Shown: positions 53,270 through 64,000 of the stretch, piece after piece
Numbering within the stretch: position 1 is the stretch's first letter
How the letters are laid out: the number at the start of each line of letters is the position of its first letter
From: Saccostrea cucullata
Taxonomy: Eukaryota
NCBI RefSeq assembly: GCF_032062105.1
Contig: NW_026937790.1
Span: 1-64,000, forward strand
DNA: 64,000 nt
Reading direction: 5' to 3'
Program-made: the position numbers and the translations under genes
Notes under the pieces: generated by a model
What the model saw: the letters and a program-made list of their open reading frames with translations, nothing else
Databases searched by the model: none
What the model was told of the DNA's origin: nothing

Positions 53270-56200
53270 TCACGGCATCTCCGCGGTGATAATGCCCCCA
53301 GTGATGGTTCCAGGTGGAGGTCGGCCGGGGGCAGAGTCTTCCTCGGGACGGGGAATCTCTTCAATGGAGGAGGTCTCCTCGCTGTCGGTGTCCTCAAGAC
53401 GGCGGACCGGAACAAGGGCTCCTGAGGGGATGGGCTGACGCCACACGCATCTGTCCGATGGTCCTCCAGGAACACCGGTGGGCAAACTCATGCTGAAGCT
53501 CGTCACCCGCCGACTTCCAATCCTGCGCCCGTTGAACGCAGTAAGGTATGCCCATCGGAGCCGGGGGGACAGGCGCTGCAAGACGTGGGCGTGGACCCTC
53601 CAGTGAAGCAGCAAGGCGGGATGTAGCGGCCCTGTCATGATGTACACAGCTGGGGGGGACTCCCCAACGTGATAACATAGAGCGTCCATGGCCTGAACGA
53701 GGTCCCGAGTGGCGAGGCTGTTCCTGTCAGGAAAAACGCCTCCCCCCGAATACCATCCGCCAGAGTTTGAACGTCCCCATCCTCGCCCAGGACCTGGCGG
53801 GCTAACCATCTGAGGGCCTCCATACGAAGGGCGGAGACTTCCGGGGTAGGGGGCACCCCGCGTCGAAATACGGCGGGGAGGTGGTGCCGCAACATGTGGT
53901 CCCTCAGCTTCCTAGTCATTGCCCCACACAGAAGGGGGCAGGGAGAGGGAGGATGCTCCCTCCTAGCTCCTCTATCTCTGCTCCTACGGGAAGTAGGTTG
54001 GGGTCCGGGAATCCTGTCCGGGGCCCGGTTGGATCCATCAGTCCCTCCGGATGGTGGTGGCGATGTGTCTCTAGGATACGGCTGGAACACTGGTTTTGGA
54101 CACTCCTGGCGCTCTGGGGGTGAGGGTACCCTCCTCTCAGGGGACGACTCTGGGGGCCTCATCTCCCATTCTGGGACCCTTTTGTTGTACTGGGAGGGAG
54201 AACGCTCCCTCCTCCAGCCTCTCACAGGCGACTCTGCTTCGTCAGATGACAGGTCAGAAAACTGACCTTCCACAGGTGAACTGCAAAAGAAAGCAGACCC
54301 CACATTAGCTACCCTGGGCCCCCCCATACAATCTGGGCATATATACTGATCCAGGGAGGAAGCCTCCTGGGAAGTAACCCCCACACAAGCCCCATGAAAC
54401 CAACTGTTACACTGATCACACTGGATCATGAGTCCCCCATCATCTGGTTTACGACAGAAACAGTACAGTTCCAAGTCAGTTAGCTCCCCATCTGAGGACT
54501 TGGCGGACTCGGAGGAGGGCGACCGTACCTTGCGCGGGCGCCCCCGTTTCCTTGGTGCACGGGGAGGGCTGTCAGAGGACGAACTCGGGTAGGAAGGCCC
54601 AGGGGCCTCACTCAAGGAAGCATCCCCCTCTAGCGATGGGGCACCACTCACATCACCACCTTCCTGGGACTGGTCTCTGAACTTCTCTTGATACCGGGAC
54701 AACCACAAGGGTATATCCCGGTCTACACACTTCTTCAGGCGATCGTGGTTGACAACCATCACAGTGAGCTTGGTCTTAACTCGGTAGAGGTGGGAGTTTA
54801 ACTTCTTTAAGATTATACCTGGTCCCTTCCATGAGGGGCTCAACTTTCTGCACTTCCCCTTTACAGTGGCTGTGTCCAGGACATAAACCAGATCTCCTTC
54901 GTTATAAGAGCGAGCAGAAACCCTGAGGTCATAATCTCTCTTCATACGCTCCTCAGTGGTCTGGAGACGACGCCTGGCTGTCTCATGAGCTGACTGGATA
55001 GACCTTAAGATTGACCACATAGCCCTCAAGGTCAACAGCTGGATCCTTCTGGGGTGGGGCAAACATCAGGTCAGCAGGGATATTCACCTCCCTGCCCAAC
55101 ATGAGCTTGTTGGCCGTAAATCCGGTGTTCCTGTTAACAGCTGAGCGCAAGGCACCTGCTATCTGGGCAAGATGTTCATCCCAGCAGTTCTGAGCCTTGT
55201 CGATGTAACAGCGCACAGCATCCATCAAGGTTCTGTTATACCTTTCTACCTGGCCATTAGCCGAGGGACGAAAAGGGGTAGTACGGGCCTTATTGATCTG
55301 CAACAGGTCGCACACTGCGGTGAAGAGCTTAATCTCAAAGTTCCTACCCTGGTCCGTGAAGATCTGGAAGGGGCAGCCAAAGCGAGCGAAGAATCCGTCA
55401 ACCGCTGCGGTAGCAGTGACCTCCGCAGTCTGGGTTGGCAGGGGGATACATTCCACCCATTTGGTGAACTGGTCCACCATGACAAGGACATACTCGTTAC
55501 CCTGTTTGGTCCGGGGCAAGGGCCCCAGAAAATCAAGATGGACTCTCTCCATAGGGGAACCTGCATGGTACTTGATCATCTCTGCTCTTGCATGGCGCTG
55601 GGGGTGCTTGTTTCTACTGCATGGACCGCAAGTGCTAACAAACTGTTCAGCCTCCCTCATCATCCCATACCAGAAATATCTATCCCGCAAGCGAGCCTTG
55701 GTTCTATCAATGCCCTGGTGGCCAGCTGCTGGGACATCATGGCACAGGCGTAGCACCTCTTTCCTCAGCTCCTCGGGGACAACCAATAGTCTGTTCTTTA
55801 CATTCCCCTCCCCCACCTCCTTCCAAAGGACTTTGTCCTGGTCTAAGGTGAAGGCCGCCCTATTCAACCAATAGTTCTTCACTGCTGGGCTGGCGAGGAA
55901 GATCACTCCCTCCTCTGGACCTGCATCACCCTCTACCCAATCAAGAAACTGACTGATCTCCGAGTCCCTTAACTGGCATAAGCTCATTTCCTCTGGTGTT
56001 AGACCCACTAACGACAAAGAACCACCCGAATCCTCGGGGGGTACCCCCACCACTGCCACAAAGTGGGGATGTTTTGTGAGACGAACCTGGGTCCGGAGGG
56101 GGCCTTCCACTGACTCATCATTATCGAAGTCCACTTCTGGGGAACAAAGTGACCAATACGTCCTAGCAATCCCCCAGAAACATAACCGAAGGCCACCTCA

Positions 56201-58827
56201 CTAACAGAAGGCTGTGCTAGTCCTAGGGGAGAGGGCGAATCACTGGTGTTGCCCTCTGGGTCTAAAACTGACTCCTCTACAGCTTCCACCTCCGAACTGG
56301 GCGTATACGTCCAACTTCCGGGACTAGCTAAGGGTGCAACATTGTCCACTTCCTCGGAAAAGGCATTCCAAGATTGGTGGGCCTTAACACATTTTGGGCA
56401 TCCTCCACAAGGCAGGTCACTAGGATGTATGGTGACATCTGATCCGGCACAGAGGGCCTGAGGAGGTAACCTAGACAAGGCGTCTGCATTAACATGGCGT
56501 CGCCCAGGGCGGTGCTGTATCTCCATGTCGTACTGACTAAGTTCCTCCATCCATCTGGCAAGCTGGTCCTGCGGGTTCCTAAAGTTCAACAACCAAATAA
56601 GGCTATGATGGTCGGTCCTGACAATAAATCTCCTCCCCAGCAAGTAATGGCGGAACAGTCGAGTGAAGCGGATAACTGCTAACAGCTCCTTCCGGGTTGT
56701 GCAGTATTTGCGCTGCTCTGGGGATAGACTGAGGCTTCCATAAGATATGGGTCTCTCCTGGCCATCCTGTATCTGTGAGAGCTCTGCCCCTATGGCCTCA
56801 TTGGAAGCGTCAGTGTCAAGTAAGAACTCTCCATCGGGAATCGGCAGGGCCAAGACTGGCGGAGATGTGAGGCCCCCCTTTAAACCTTCAAAAGCTGACT
56901 GTTGATCTGGGCCCCATATGAATGGTTTCTTGCCCGTTATCCTATAGAGGGGCAGTACCCACTCCGCATAACCCGCAATGAACCCTCGATGATAGTTGGC
57001 GAACCCTAGGAACCTCTCCACCTCCTTAGTATTTCTAGGAACGGCCCAGTTCCGGACTGCGGCAATGTAGTCATCCCCCATCTCGATGCCCTCCTTGCTC
57101 ACAAGGCGCCCCACCTTGGTCTGGAAAAGCTCACACTTTTTTGGCTTAAACTTCAAATCAAACTCCCGGAAGCGCATGAACACAGCACGCAAGTTCTCAA
57201 GGTGATCCTGGAAATCTCGGCCTAAAACCAGGGCATCATCTAAGAAGGCCAGAACAATACTCCAAGTAAGGCCTCTGAGTACAAGGTTCATCGCCCTGGA
57301 GAAGGTAGCTGGGGCATTACATAGACCAAACCCCATGCGCACAAACTCAAACAGACCATACTTAGTCAAAAAGGCAGTCTTTTTCCTGTCCTGGGGGCGG
57401 ATCTTAATCTGGTGAAAGGCCGAATTGGCGTCGAGCTTGGAAAACCAAACATTCCCAGTGAGGGTGTCCAGGCACTCGTCTATCAGGGGTAAGGGGAAAA
57501 CATCCTTCCGGGTCACCTTGTTTAGGCGGCGGTAGTCCAGGCACCACCTTACCTGGCCATCTTTTTTCCGGATCAGGACGGGGGCAGAGGCCCACTCCGA
57601 CATGGAGGGCTGTATCACTCCGGCCTCCAGCATTTTCTTAAGGTGGGATTCCTCCTCACCAGCAAAGAACATAGGGGTGCGTCTCATCCGCTCCTTCACT
57701 GGGGGTGCGTCTCCAGTGTCTATCTCGTGTTCTAGTGCGGTGAAGTTCCCAAAGTCAAATTCACTGCGAGCAAAGACATCTTGAAACTCTGTCAGCAGAC
57801 TGGCCAACATAGCCCTCTCCTCTGGGCTGAGTTCTACAGAGGAGCGCTCCAACAAGTCCTGTAGGAATTCCGGCACCTCTTGGGTGGGGGCTGTCGCCCC
57901 CAGGTCCCCTACATCTTCGCCACCCACGGTCCTAACCAGATAAGGCACTGGCTGGCGAGGATCCGCTTCCACCGCCATACCTATGTGACTGCCCTCAGTC
58001 AATGTCACTCCTCGATCTGAAGCATTCACTATGCAAACTATTGCACTGTCCCCTCCCTCGTGATATGTATGGGGCATAAGGAGCACATCCGACTGCATAT
58101 CAATGCCAGGGACCACCACAAAATCCTTCAGCTTCCGATCCAGATGACTGGGGCATAAAACAACAGAGCCAGCTGGGACCCGTACCTTCCGGGCTAAGGT
58201 CACTCTCGCCTCCGGAATCTCCTCAGCTCTGCCAAAATTCATCTTAATGGCCTCTCCTCCCAAGGTCAAGGTCCCATGCTCTAAATCTAGACGGGCCTTC
58301 CTGGCGTGAAGGAACTCCATGCCCAGCAACATAGGGTCCTGCAAGGGGGCTACATAAAGGTCAACCTCGTAAGTTTGACTCCCTAAACTCAAAGTCACGG
58401 GCCCCACTATGAAACCCTTGAGCTTGGTATCTTCACCAGCCTGCGTCATAGTTACATGTCTCCGGATGGGGGGCTTCGGATCCAAGCGGTCGTACACCTT
58501 CGTCGACAGGACACTAACCTCTGCCCCCGTATCCACCACAGCATTTACCCGCAAGCCTTGCACATGTAGACTGACTGAAAAGCCTGCAGATGGGCGCAAC
58601 TGTCCTATGGGCACCGTCGGCTCGACCCCCTCATCCAATGGCGTCTCCAACTTAAGATTACCAGGGTTGGTTCGCCCAAAACCCTTTAACTTTCCTGTTC
58701 TCTCCTGGGCTGGTCCAAGAGGCTCCGACGTTGAGTGGGGGGTCACAGGTATCCCCACTTCCTCGACCTCTTCCTCCTCAGCCGAGAACAGCTCCGGTGA
58801 GGGCGGCAACTCAAAGCTGACCTTCAA
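53270..58827 (-). pseudogene. pol: Gypsy pol: aspartic protease, RT, RNase H, integrase, C-terminal AT-hook + PHD + extra domain; frameshifted
   Basis: VVDTGAEVS; RWCLDYRRLN, MGFGLCNAPATF, FLDD; DTDAS..RKELLA..TDH; integrase H..H..C..C, HLDFLGP, TDQG, GQVERYN. Frame changes near 56130, 55005 and ~53730; apparent 3-aa deletion in RT (QTKV^GRLV). Confidence 0.9.
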
Positions 58828-58925
58828 CTTGCGTCGCTTGCGTCTACGTCGAATTCACGAGGGCGGTAAACTGGCCTCCTGCTCTTGCTGTTCCGAGTCT
58901 GTCCTCTCTGGGGACTGCTCCGGGG

Positions 58926-61900
58926 TCACCAATCGAACTGCCTGGGAAGCCGCTCCCTGTGATCCGGGCTTTCCACTCCTTTGTCCCTATCCTTAGACTC
59001 GGACCTCTGAGATCCCTCACTCATGAGTCCCTTCTTCTGAGCGCCACCCCGCTGCCCATCAATGGCTACTGACTTCCCTGCAGCCAGGGTGGGGCAATTC
59101 CTACGGAAATGCCCAACCTCTCCACACTTAAAACAAACCGGGGGTTTCTGGTCGCGCTCTGCCGATCGGGGTGGCGGGGTACCAGTCCTCTCCGGCCTGG
59201 GGAGGGGGGCAGATCCTTTCTGCTTAACAGCTTGCTCCAACTTTTCCATCCTACTGCGGAGGGCTTCGCAGCACTGTTAAGGCTAGAAAAAGGGGGCGGG
59301 GCCTAATTTATACGGGAAAAGTTTACTGTGACGTCACACAAAAATATGACTTTTATGCATTCATCATATTACCCGAAAATAAAATAATTTGCAACTTTAA
59401 ACTGTATTAGCATAATAAACAACAATAAGACTTACCAATGCATTTAAAAAAGTCGCTAGTTAAATCCCATACAGCTGGTTTTAAACAAATCACTGATCTC
59501 GATGAACTTGTCAATCATGACGTCATTTTGGTAAAAATGACGTATTTCATGTACTGTGAGAGGCAGATTTGGGAATTTTTTAACAATGAAAAATGCGTTA
59601 TACTATAAAACAGAATATTATTTTTAGGTTTTTAATAGGCTTATAATACCAATGTATATCCTTCGTTAAGTGCGATTATTTATCAACTATCGAGAGAATG
59701 TTTTTAAATAATTCTGTCGTGTTTTAATGTTCAGGTTAGGTATATTTTACATCGAGGTGCCTCATAAAATCGCTTTTTCGCAAGGGCATACACTAAATAA
59801 ATCTTGACCATGTTTTGAATATAAATAAAGGATATGTTCCTTAACTTGAAAAGTGCTGCTGCTTTCTTGAAATCGAGAGCATGACTTCATAAGTACACAA
59901 AATATTTGGAAAAAGTCAGACATATTTCGACATTAGCCTATTTACTCAAAATTATAACTATTAAAACGCGATTTCTATTCAAAGCAGCAGCACTTTCCAG
60001 AAAGTACAAAGTATGCAGAAACAATTAATAGTTTGAATTTTTAATTTCAACTAGGGTATGCCCTTGCGATATTGAAATTTGTTATTGACCTACATTCCGT
60101 GTACCCACTATGCATTCACCACGTGACTGTCCATCGATGGGACTAAACTCCATACAGTACAGAGTAGGTTATTCTATGCTATTTCCATAAGTTTTTAATT
60201 CTGTGATAATAGAACAGCTGAATAAAAATTAATTCAGTTTTAAAAACAATTCCCGTTTTTGCACTTCTATTTTCCGTTGATTTCTCATAGTAAGCCTTAA
60301 CAGTGCTGCGTTCCAGCTCTTCCCCCGCAGAAGCGACACTCACTTTCTCCTGATTGTCCTGTTCGGGGACATCACCTGAGATCAATTTCCGTACCTCTTT
60401 CTTGGTCTTAGGCCTATGTAACCGGGAGTGCTGGAAATATTGCATCCTCTCTACAGCTTCCTCTACAGTCCGGAGGTGCCCATCCAGGGCATAAAGGCCT
60501 GCGTCCCTGTCCTCGGCTCCATAACACAATTTGGGGATAGCATGAGTGTGAACGTCGGGCACGCTTGGGAAGGCCCGGGTGGCCAAGGTCAGCACCCGGT
60601 CTGCCCACTGTCGAAGGGCCTCCCCAGGATTCTGGCTCGCTGACTGGAAGTTGAGTTGGTGCGTCAAATCAGGAGCAGAGGAGCCAAAACGCTTCTCAAA
60701 CCTCTGCAGAATCTCGCTTAGAGGGAGCAGTGTAGTTGTTTCTAGCAGCAAGGTGTAGTATTCACTTGCCACCCCTTCAAGGGAAAAACAGAACTGGTCA
60801 TGTTGCTCCTCCTCAGTCCACAGCTGACTGCGAGACAACCTGATAAACTTGTGCAAAAATGCCTTCCAACTGGTTTTGCCATCATACCGGAGGTCCTTGT
60901 ACCTAGGTTTGCTTCCCGAGGCCATCCTTCCTGTGTATGGCGTGGTGCTGTGGTATCCAGGTGATCCATACTGTTTCAGTGCGCTTAAGTTACGGGCTGG
61001 GTTTGCCGGGACTGTCTGATTGACAGAGTATCCCGGCCGGGCTGCAGCATACATGTTTGGCTGCACTTGCGCTATCCTCTCCCCCTCCCTTCCAAAATGG
61101 CAGGGTGGGGCGTCAGTATAGGCGGGACTACATGTCATAGATGCAGGGATACCCTGGTGATGCAAAGCACTGGGCAAAGGTATACTCGGATGTGTGGCCG
61201 GGATATTCTCACCACGGTACAGCACAGACTGGGGTGGATCGAGGATTGGGGGTTGGGCATGCCCACCCCCCTGGTTGATGTGAGCAGGTGGGGGCACTTG
61301 GTAAGGCGTGCTTGTAGAGGTTGCGTATAATGGTGCAGACTGGTGTCTGGCAGCAGACATGCCGGTATCCAAAGGCCACGAAGCTAGGTTGCTTGGCGAT
61401 TCCGACTGCATCAACCCAGGGGACACTCCCACATTTATAGGGACTGGAGCAGGCATAGTGTGAGACATGGAGGTCCGGGGTTGCAAATCATCCCCGGGGA
61501 AAAAGGGCACACTGAAGTCTGCGAGTTTAGGCTGAGTCTGTACAGGCGTAGGGTTCCAGGTGAGCTCTGTAGCACGAACAGGATCAAACTCAGAAATGAG
61601 CTGTTCAGGCCTCATAGGCCTCTGAGACTGTTGGTCGTGTTTGGAGGTAAGTGGTGTAGGCCTCATAGGCCTCTCCGTCGTCCAATCGCATTTGTAGGTG
61701 AGCGGTTCAGGCCACATGGGCCTCTCAGGCTGTCGATCCTCAAATGGTGTGTAGGGTGGAAGGGCGGGGTCAGGAGTGGGGTATACACCCCCACTTAAGC
61801 GGCTTGGTCGGAATCCCCTAGTGGCAGGACCCCCCAGGTTAGCTGTGTCTCCTACAAGGACAGGCTGGCTACTAGCCGGCCGCACATAACCTAAAGAATA

Positions 61901-62176
61901 CGGTTCAATGTCGGAAGTCCGAGGAACCTCACTGCATTCATACTTAGGTGGGGTACTACCCACAGTGCTGCCAGGTGAGCTACACCTACACAGGCTACCT
62001 AAAGAGGACTCCAGAGAATCAGTGGACATCATCCCTGGTGAGCTAAATTGGGGCTGGGAAAACCGTACCTCTTTCCGTGACACACTCTCCTCCCCCCTGG
62101 GAATGCCCGAGTTCAGACCGGGCGTAAGTACAGAGGGACCCCCCCAGGGCAACCCCCCTCCCACACGGCCTGACAT
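58926..62176 (-). pseudogene. gag: Gypsy gag with CCHC knuckle, interrupted by a MITE
   Basis: YDGKTSWKAFLHKF capsid-like region; CFKCGEVGHFRRNC. Removing 59267-60310 plus one TT restores ..GEELEALRSRMEKLEQ in frame. Confidence 0.9.
59267..60310. mobile_element. Non-autonomous DNA transposon, 18-bp TIR, 2-bp TSD
   Basis: CGCAGCACTGTTAAGGCT ... AGCCTTAACAGTGCTGCG, with TT duplicated (59265-66, 60311-12). AT-rich block within GC-rich gag. Confidence 0.9.
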
Positions 62177-62595
62177 TCACTGAGCAAATGGAGATGTGTG
62201 ACGGGATGGAAAGCTCCCGCTATATACATAAGGTGAATAACCCCCTTCCCCGGGGTATCCCCCCACCCTACCCGGGGTGTGAGGAATGACATTTGCCCGC
62301 GTGACTGCCGGGATACCTCCCAGACCTAAGGCCGACGCGGCTTCCTCCAGACATATCCATACAATGTGAAAATGCACAAAATAAATGTCAAATAAATCAC
62401 AGCAAAAATAATCACTTGCTATAAATGCAGATACAAATTAATTTCAGTTGATTCAAATCAAAATTCGATTGCAAAAAAAAAATACACAAAAATCACCCGC
62501 GCATTCTGCAACAAAAATGGCGGCTGGGGTGATGGCCAAAAAAAAACAAAAAAAAAACCTAACTTTGACAGAAGTACGGGAATCTATAGCACCGG

Positions 62596-62615
62596 GCCCC
62601 GCGAATTGGGCGCCA
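62596..62615 (-). promoter_or_regulatory. Primer binding site, tRNA-Lys(CTT)-type
   Basis: TGGCGCCCAA(TT)CGCGGGGC one base after the 5' LTR; the canonical Lys1,2 PBS is TGGCGCCCAACGTGGGGC. Confidence 0.8.
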
Positions 62616-62616
62616 G

Positions 62617-62838
62617 TAAAGTAAACCCCAAAGTAATGTGACAACGGTTTATTAACACTTATAATACAATAAACAACTGTATGTCGAGTGGGTCCTGGCC
62701 CGGGGGAAAGACTCATCAACTTCTAGTTACGTCTTCTCTCGGCCATCGTCGTGGAGAAAGAGGCCCGTGCGACTGTCCCGCCATCTGACGTCACCTTGTC
62801 AGTAGGTCGTACCACGGGACAGTCGCACAGATACTACA
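62617..62838 (-). repeat. 5' LTR
   Basis: Direct repeat of 52731-52954; adjacent to the PBS. Confidence 0.95.
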
Positions 62839-63024
62839 GTATCTTAGTGTAGATCTAGTCTACTTGTGTGCCAAGTTATATTAAAATCAGTCCAAAACTG
62901 AAGGAGGAGTAGCGTTTTGAAAAATTGTTTACAGACAGACAGACAGACGGACGGACGACTGACACCTTACTATCACATAAGCTCTTCAGGTCTCTGACCA
63001 GTAGAGCTAATAAAAACGAAGATA

Positions 63025-63217
63025 ACTGTAAATGGGTAGCAACTGTTCCTTCGCCATGCGCTCGGCACTTTGAAGTGAAAGTTGCGGGTCCTTCGAATGA
63101 CCTTAAAAACCGAGGCCCCGTGTCAGCGGCAGGCGCTGGCACGATAAAGATACCTCACTGCTCAATGGCCCTGAGTGCCGAGTAAAGGTCAAAATTTGAA
63201 GCCCTTCACCGGTATAC

Positions 63218-63251
<34 letters not shown>

Positions 63252-63287
63252 AGGGACGTTAAACAAAATACAATCAATCAATCAATC
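63025..63287 (+). mobile_element. Meta-type SINE (5'-truncated) with (CAAT)n tail
   Basis: AACCGAGGCCCCGTGTC..GCAGG..TGGCACGATAAAGAT core, GGTGACGTCTCCATATGAGTGAAAAATTCTCGAG, GGGACGTTAAAC, CAATCAATCAATC. Confidence 0.75.
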
Positions 63288-64000
63288 GAATGGCGATAAA
63301 CTGGAACAAACGGTAAAGCGTGCGTGCTTCAATAGAATACCTATAGAACAGGTATTCTATAAATACATTTACCAATCCGATCGATTATCAATTTTAAACA
63401 ACACTAGGTAAACACGTGTACGATAGATACACGTGTTGTGATACCTTCAATGAATACATCTCGCTACAACTAAGCTTTGAAAAAGAACAAAAAGTTTATT
63501 TAATGCTCAAAACAATATATAGAACATCTGGACACACACAAAGCACGCACACCTACAACACTAGCACAAATAAAAAAAAATAAACAAAAAAATAATGATA
63601 GTGTCAATGTACCGACTATAATAACGTCATACCAGACCCGACAAATGTTTCATTGCAATGTGCGAATAAATTCAAAATCGGAGACACTGACTGTCGAGAC
63701 CACAGGGGTTGACCCACGACGTTACCGTTAACTGTTCATAGAGACACAGTCGTTGGTTACTCATAGAATTACGGTTACGACACTTTCCAACAGCCGCAAG
63801 TCCCTTTAGCTTTCAGCGCACTAGTACACAGGATTTTCTCGAATGTCTCAGTATGCCATAATGTTCACCTACTACTTCAAACACGCCCATACATAGCTAG
63901 TCACCTATATTAACACATTATTTAAGGTTCTGGGTTTCCATAGTCGGTAAAAAACGTATTCATACCTGAATATGTCGGTTATATAATGTACTATACATAA

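Larger units (their letters stand above)
52731..62838 (-). mobile_element. Full-length Ty3/Gypsy LTR retrotransposon
   Basis: Two ~222-224-bp LTRs, GTAT TSD (52727-30, 62839-42), PBS, PPT, and gag-PR-RT-RH-IN order. Confidence 0.95.
52226..63010 (-). mobile_element. HINE-like element with ~156-bp tandem repeats, split by the Gypsy insertion
   Basis: Monomers start at ~52300, 52457, 52613 and resume at 62843. (GACA/GGAC)n at ~62930-62955. subTIR CCAGTAGAGCT at both ends; same family as 25273-26170. Confidence 0.8.

Noticed and set aside
60179-60310. C-terminus of the 665-aa ORF (RSTVKAYYEK...NLWK) as real gag sequence
   Set aside because: It is read-through into the inserted MITE; true gag resumes on the other side of the insertion (~59264).
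53881-62183. Numerous plus-strand ORFs over the Gypsy element as antisense genes
   Set aside because: Shadow ORFs expected from GC-rich coding sequence; no recognisable motifs.
63560-64000. Coding-looking sequence at the window end
   Set aside because: The frames I tried contain stops and no motif; cannot be resolved without downstream sequence.

Overview
AT-rich, intron-containing eukaryotic DNA. The repeat families (Cg170-like/HINE repeats, Meta-type SINEs, Penelope fragments) suggest an oyster-like bivalve; this is recalled family resemblance, not a database result. The left half (1-31.2 kb) holds two minus-strand host genes that I could splice by hand into open frames: a 6-exon PAN/sushi/C-type lectin gene (7118-10595) and a 26-exon receptor tyrosine phosphatase with an F-type-lectin-like + EGF ectodomain (12676-31201). 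Their introns carry many MITEs and SINEs. The right half (32.3-63.3 kb) is almost entirely a nested transposon stack. It contains an apparently intact Spy-type element (AAA|TTT site, no TSD); an internally deleted LINE with a 2A-like motif and PHD finger; a Helitron-like element; a hAT remnant; and a MULE pseudogene whose intron holds an apparently intact TTAA-flanked Kolobok-like element encoding a DDE transposase fused to a DEDDh exonuclease. It ends with a full-length Gypsy LTR element inserted in a satellite-bearing HINE. The most unusual items are the Gypsy integrase tail (AT-hook + H3K4me3-reader-type PHD + an extra Zn-finger-like domain), the transposase-exonuclease fusion, and a 1044-bp MITE with composite ends inside gag. 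I saw no rRNA, true tRNA or CRISPR features. All coordinates were counted by hand and no homology searches were run.
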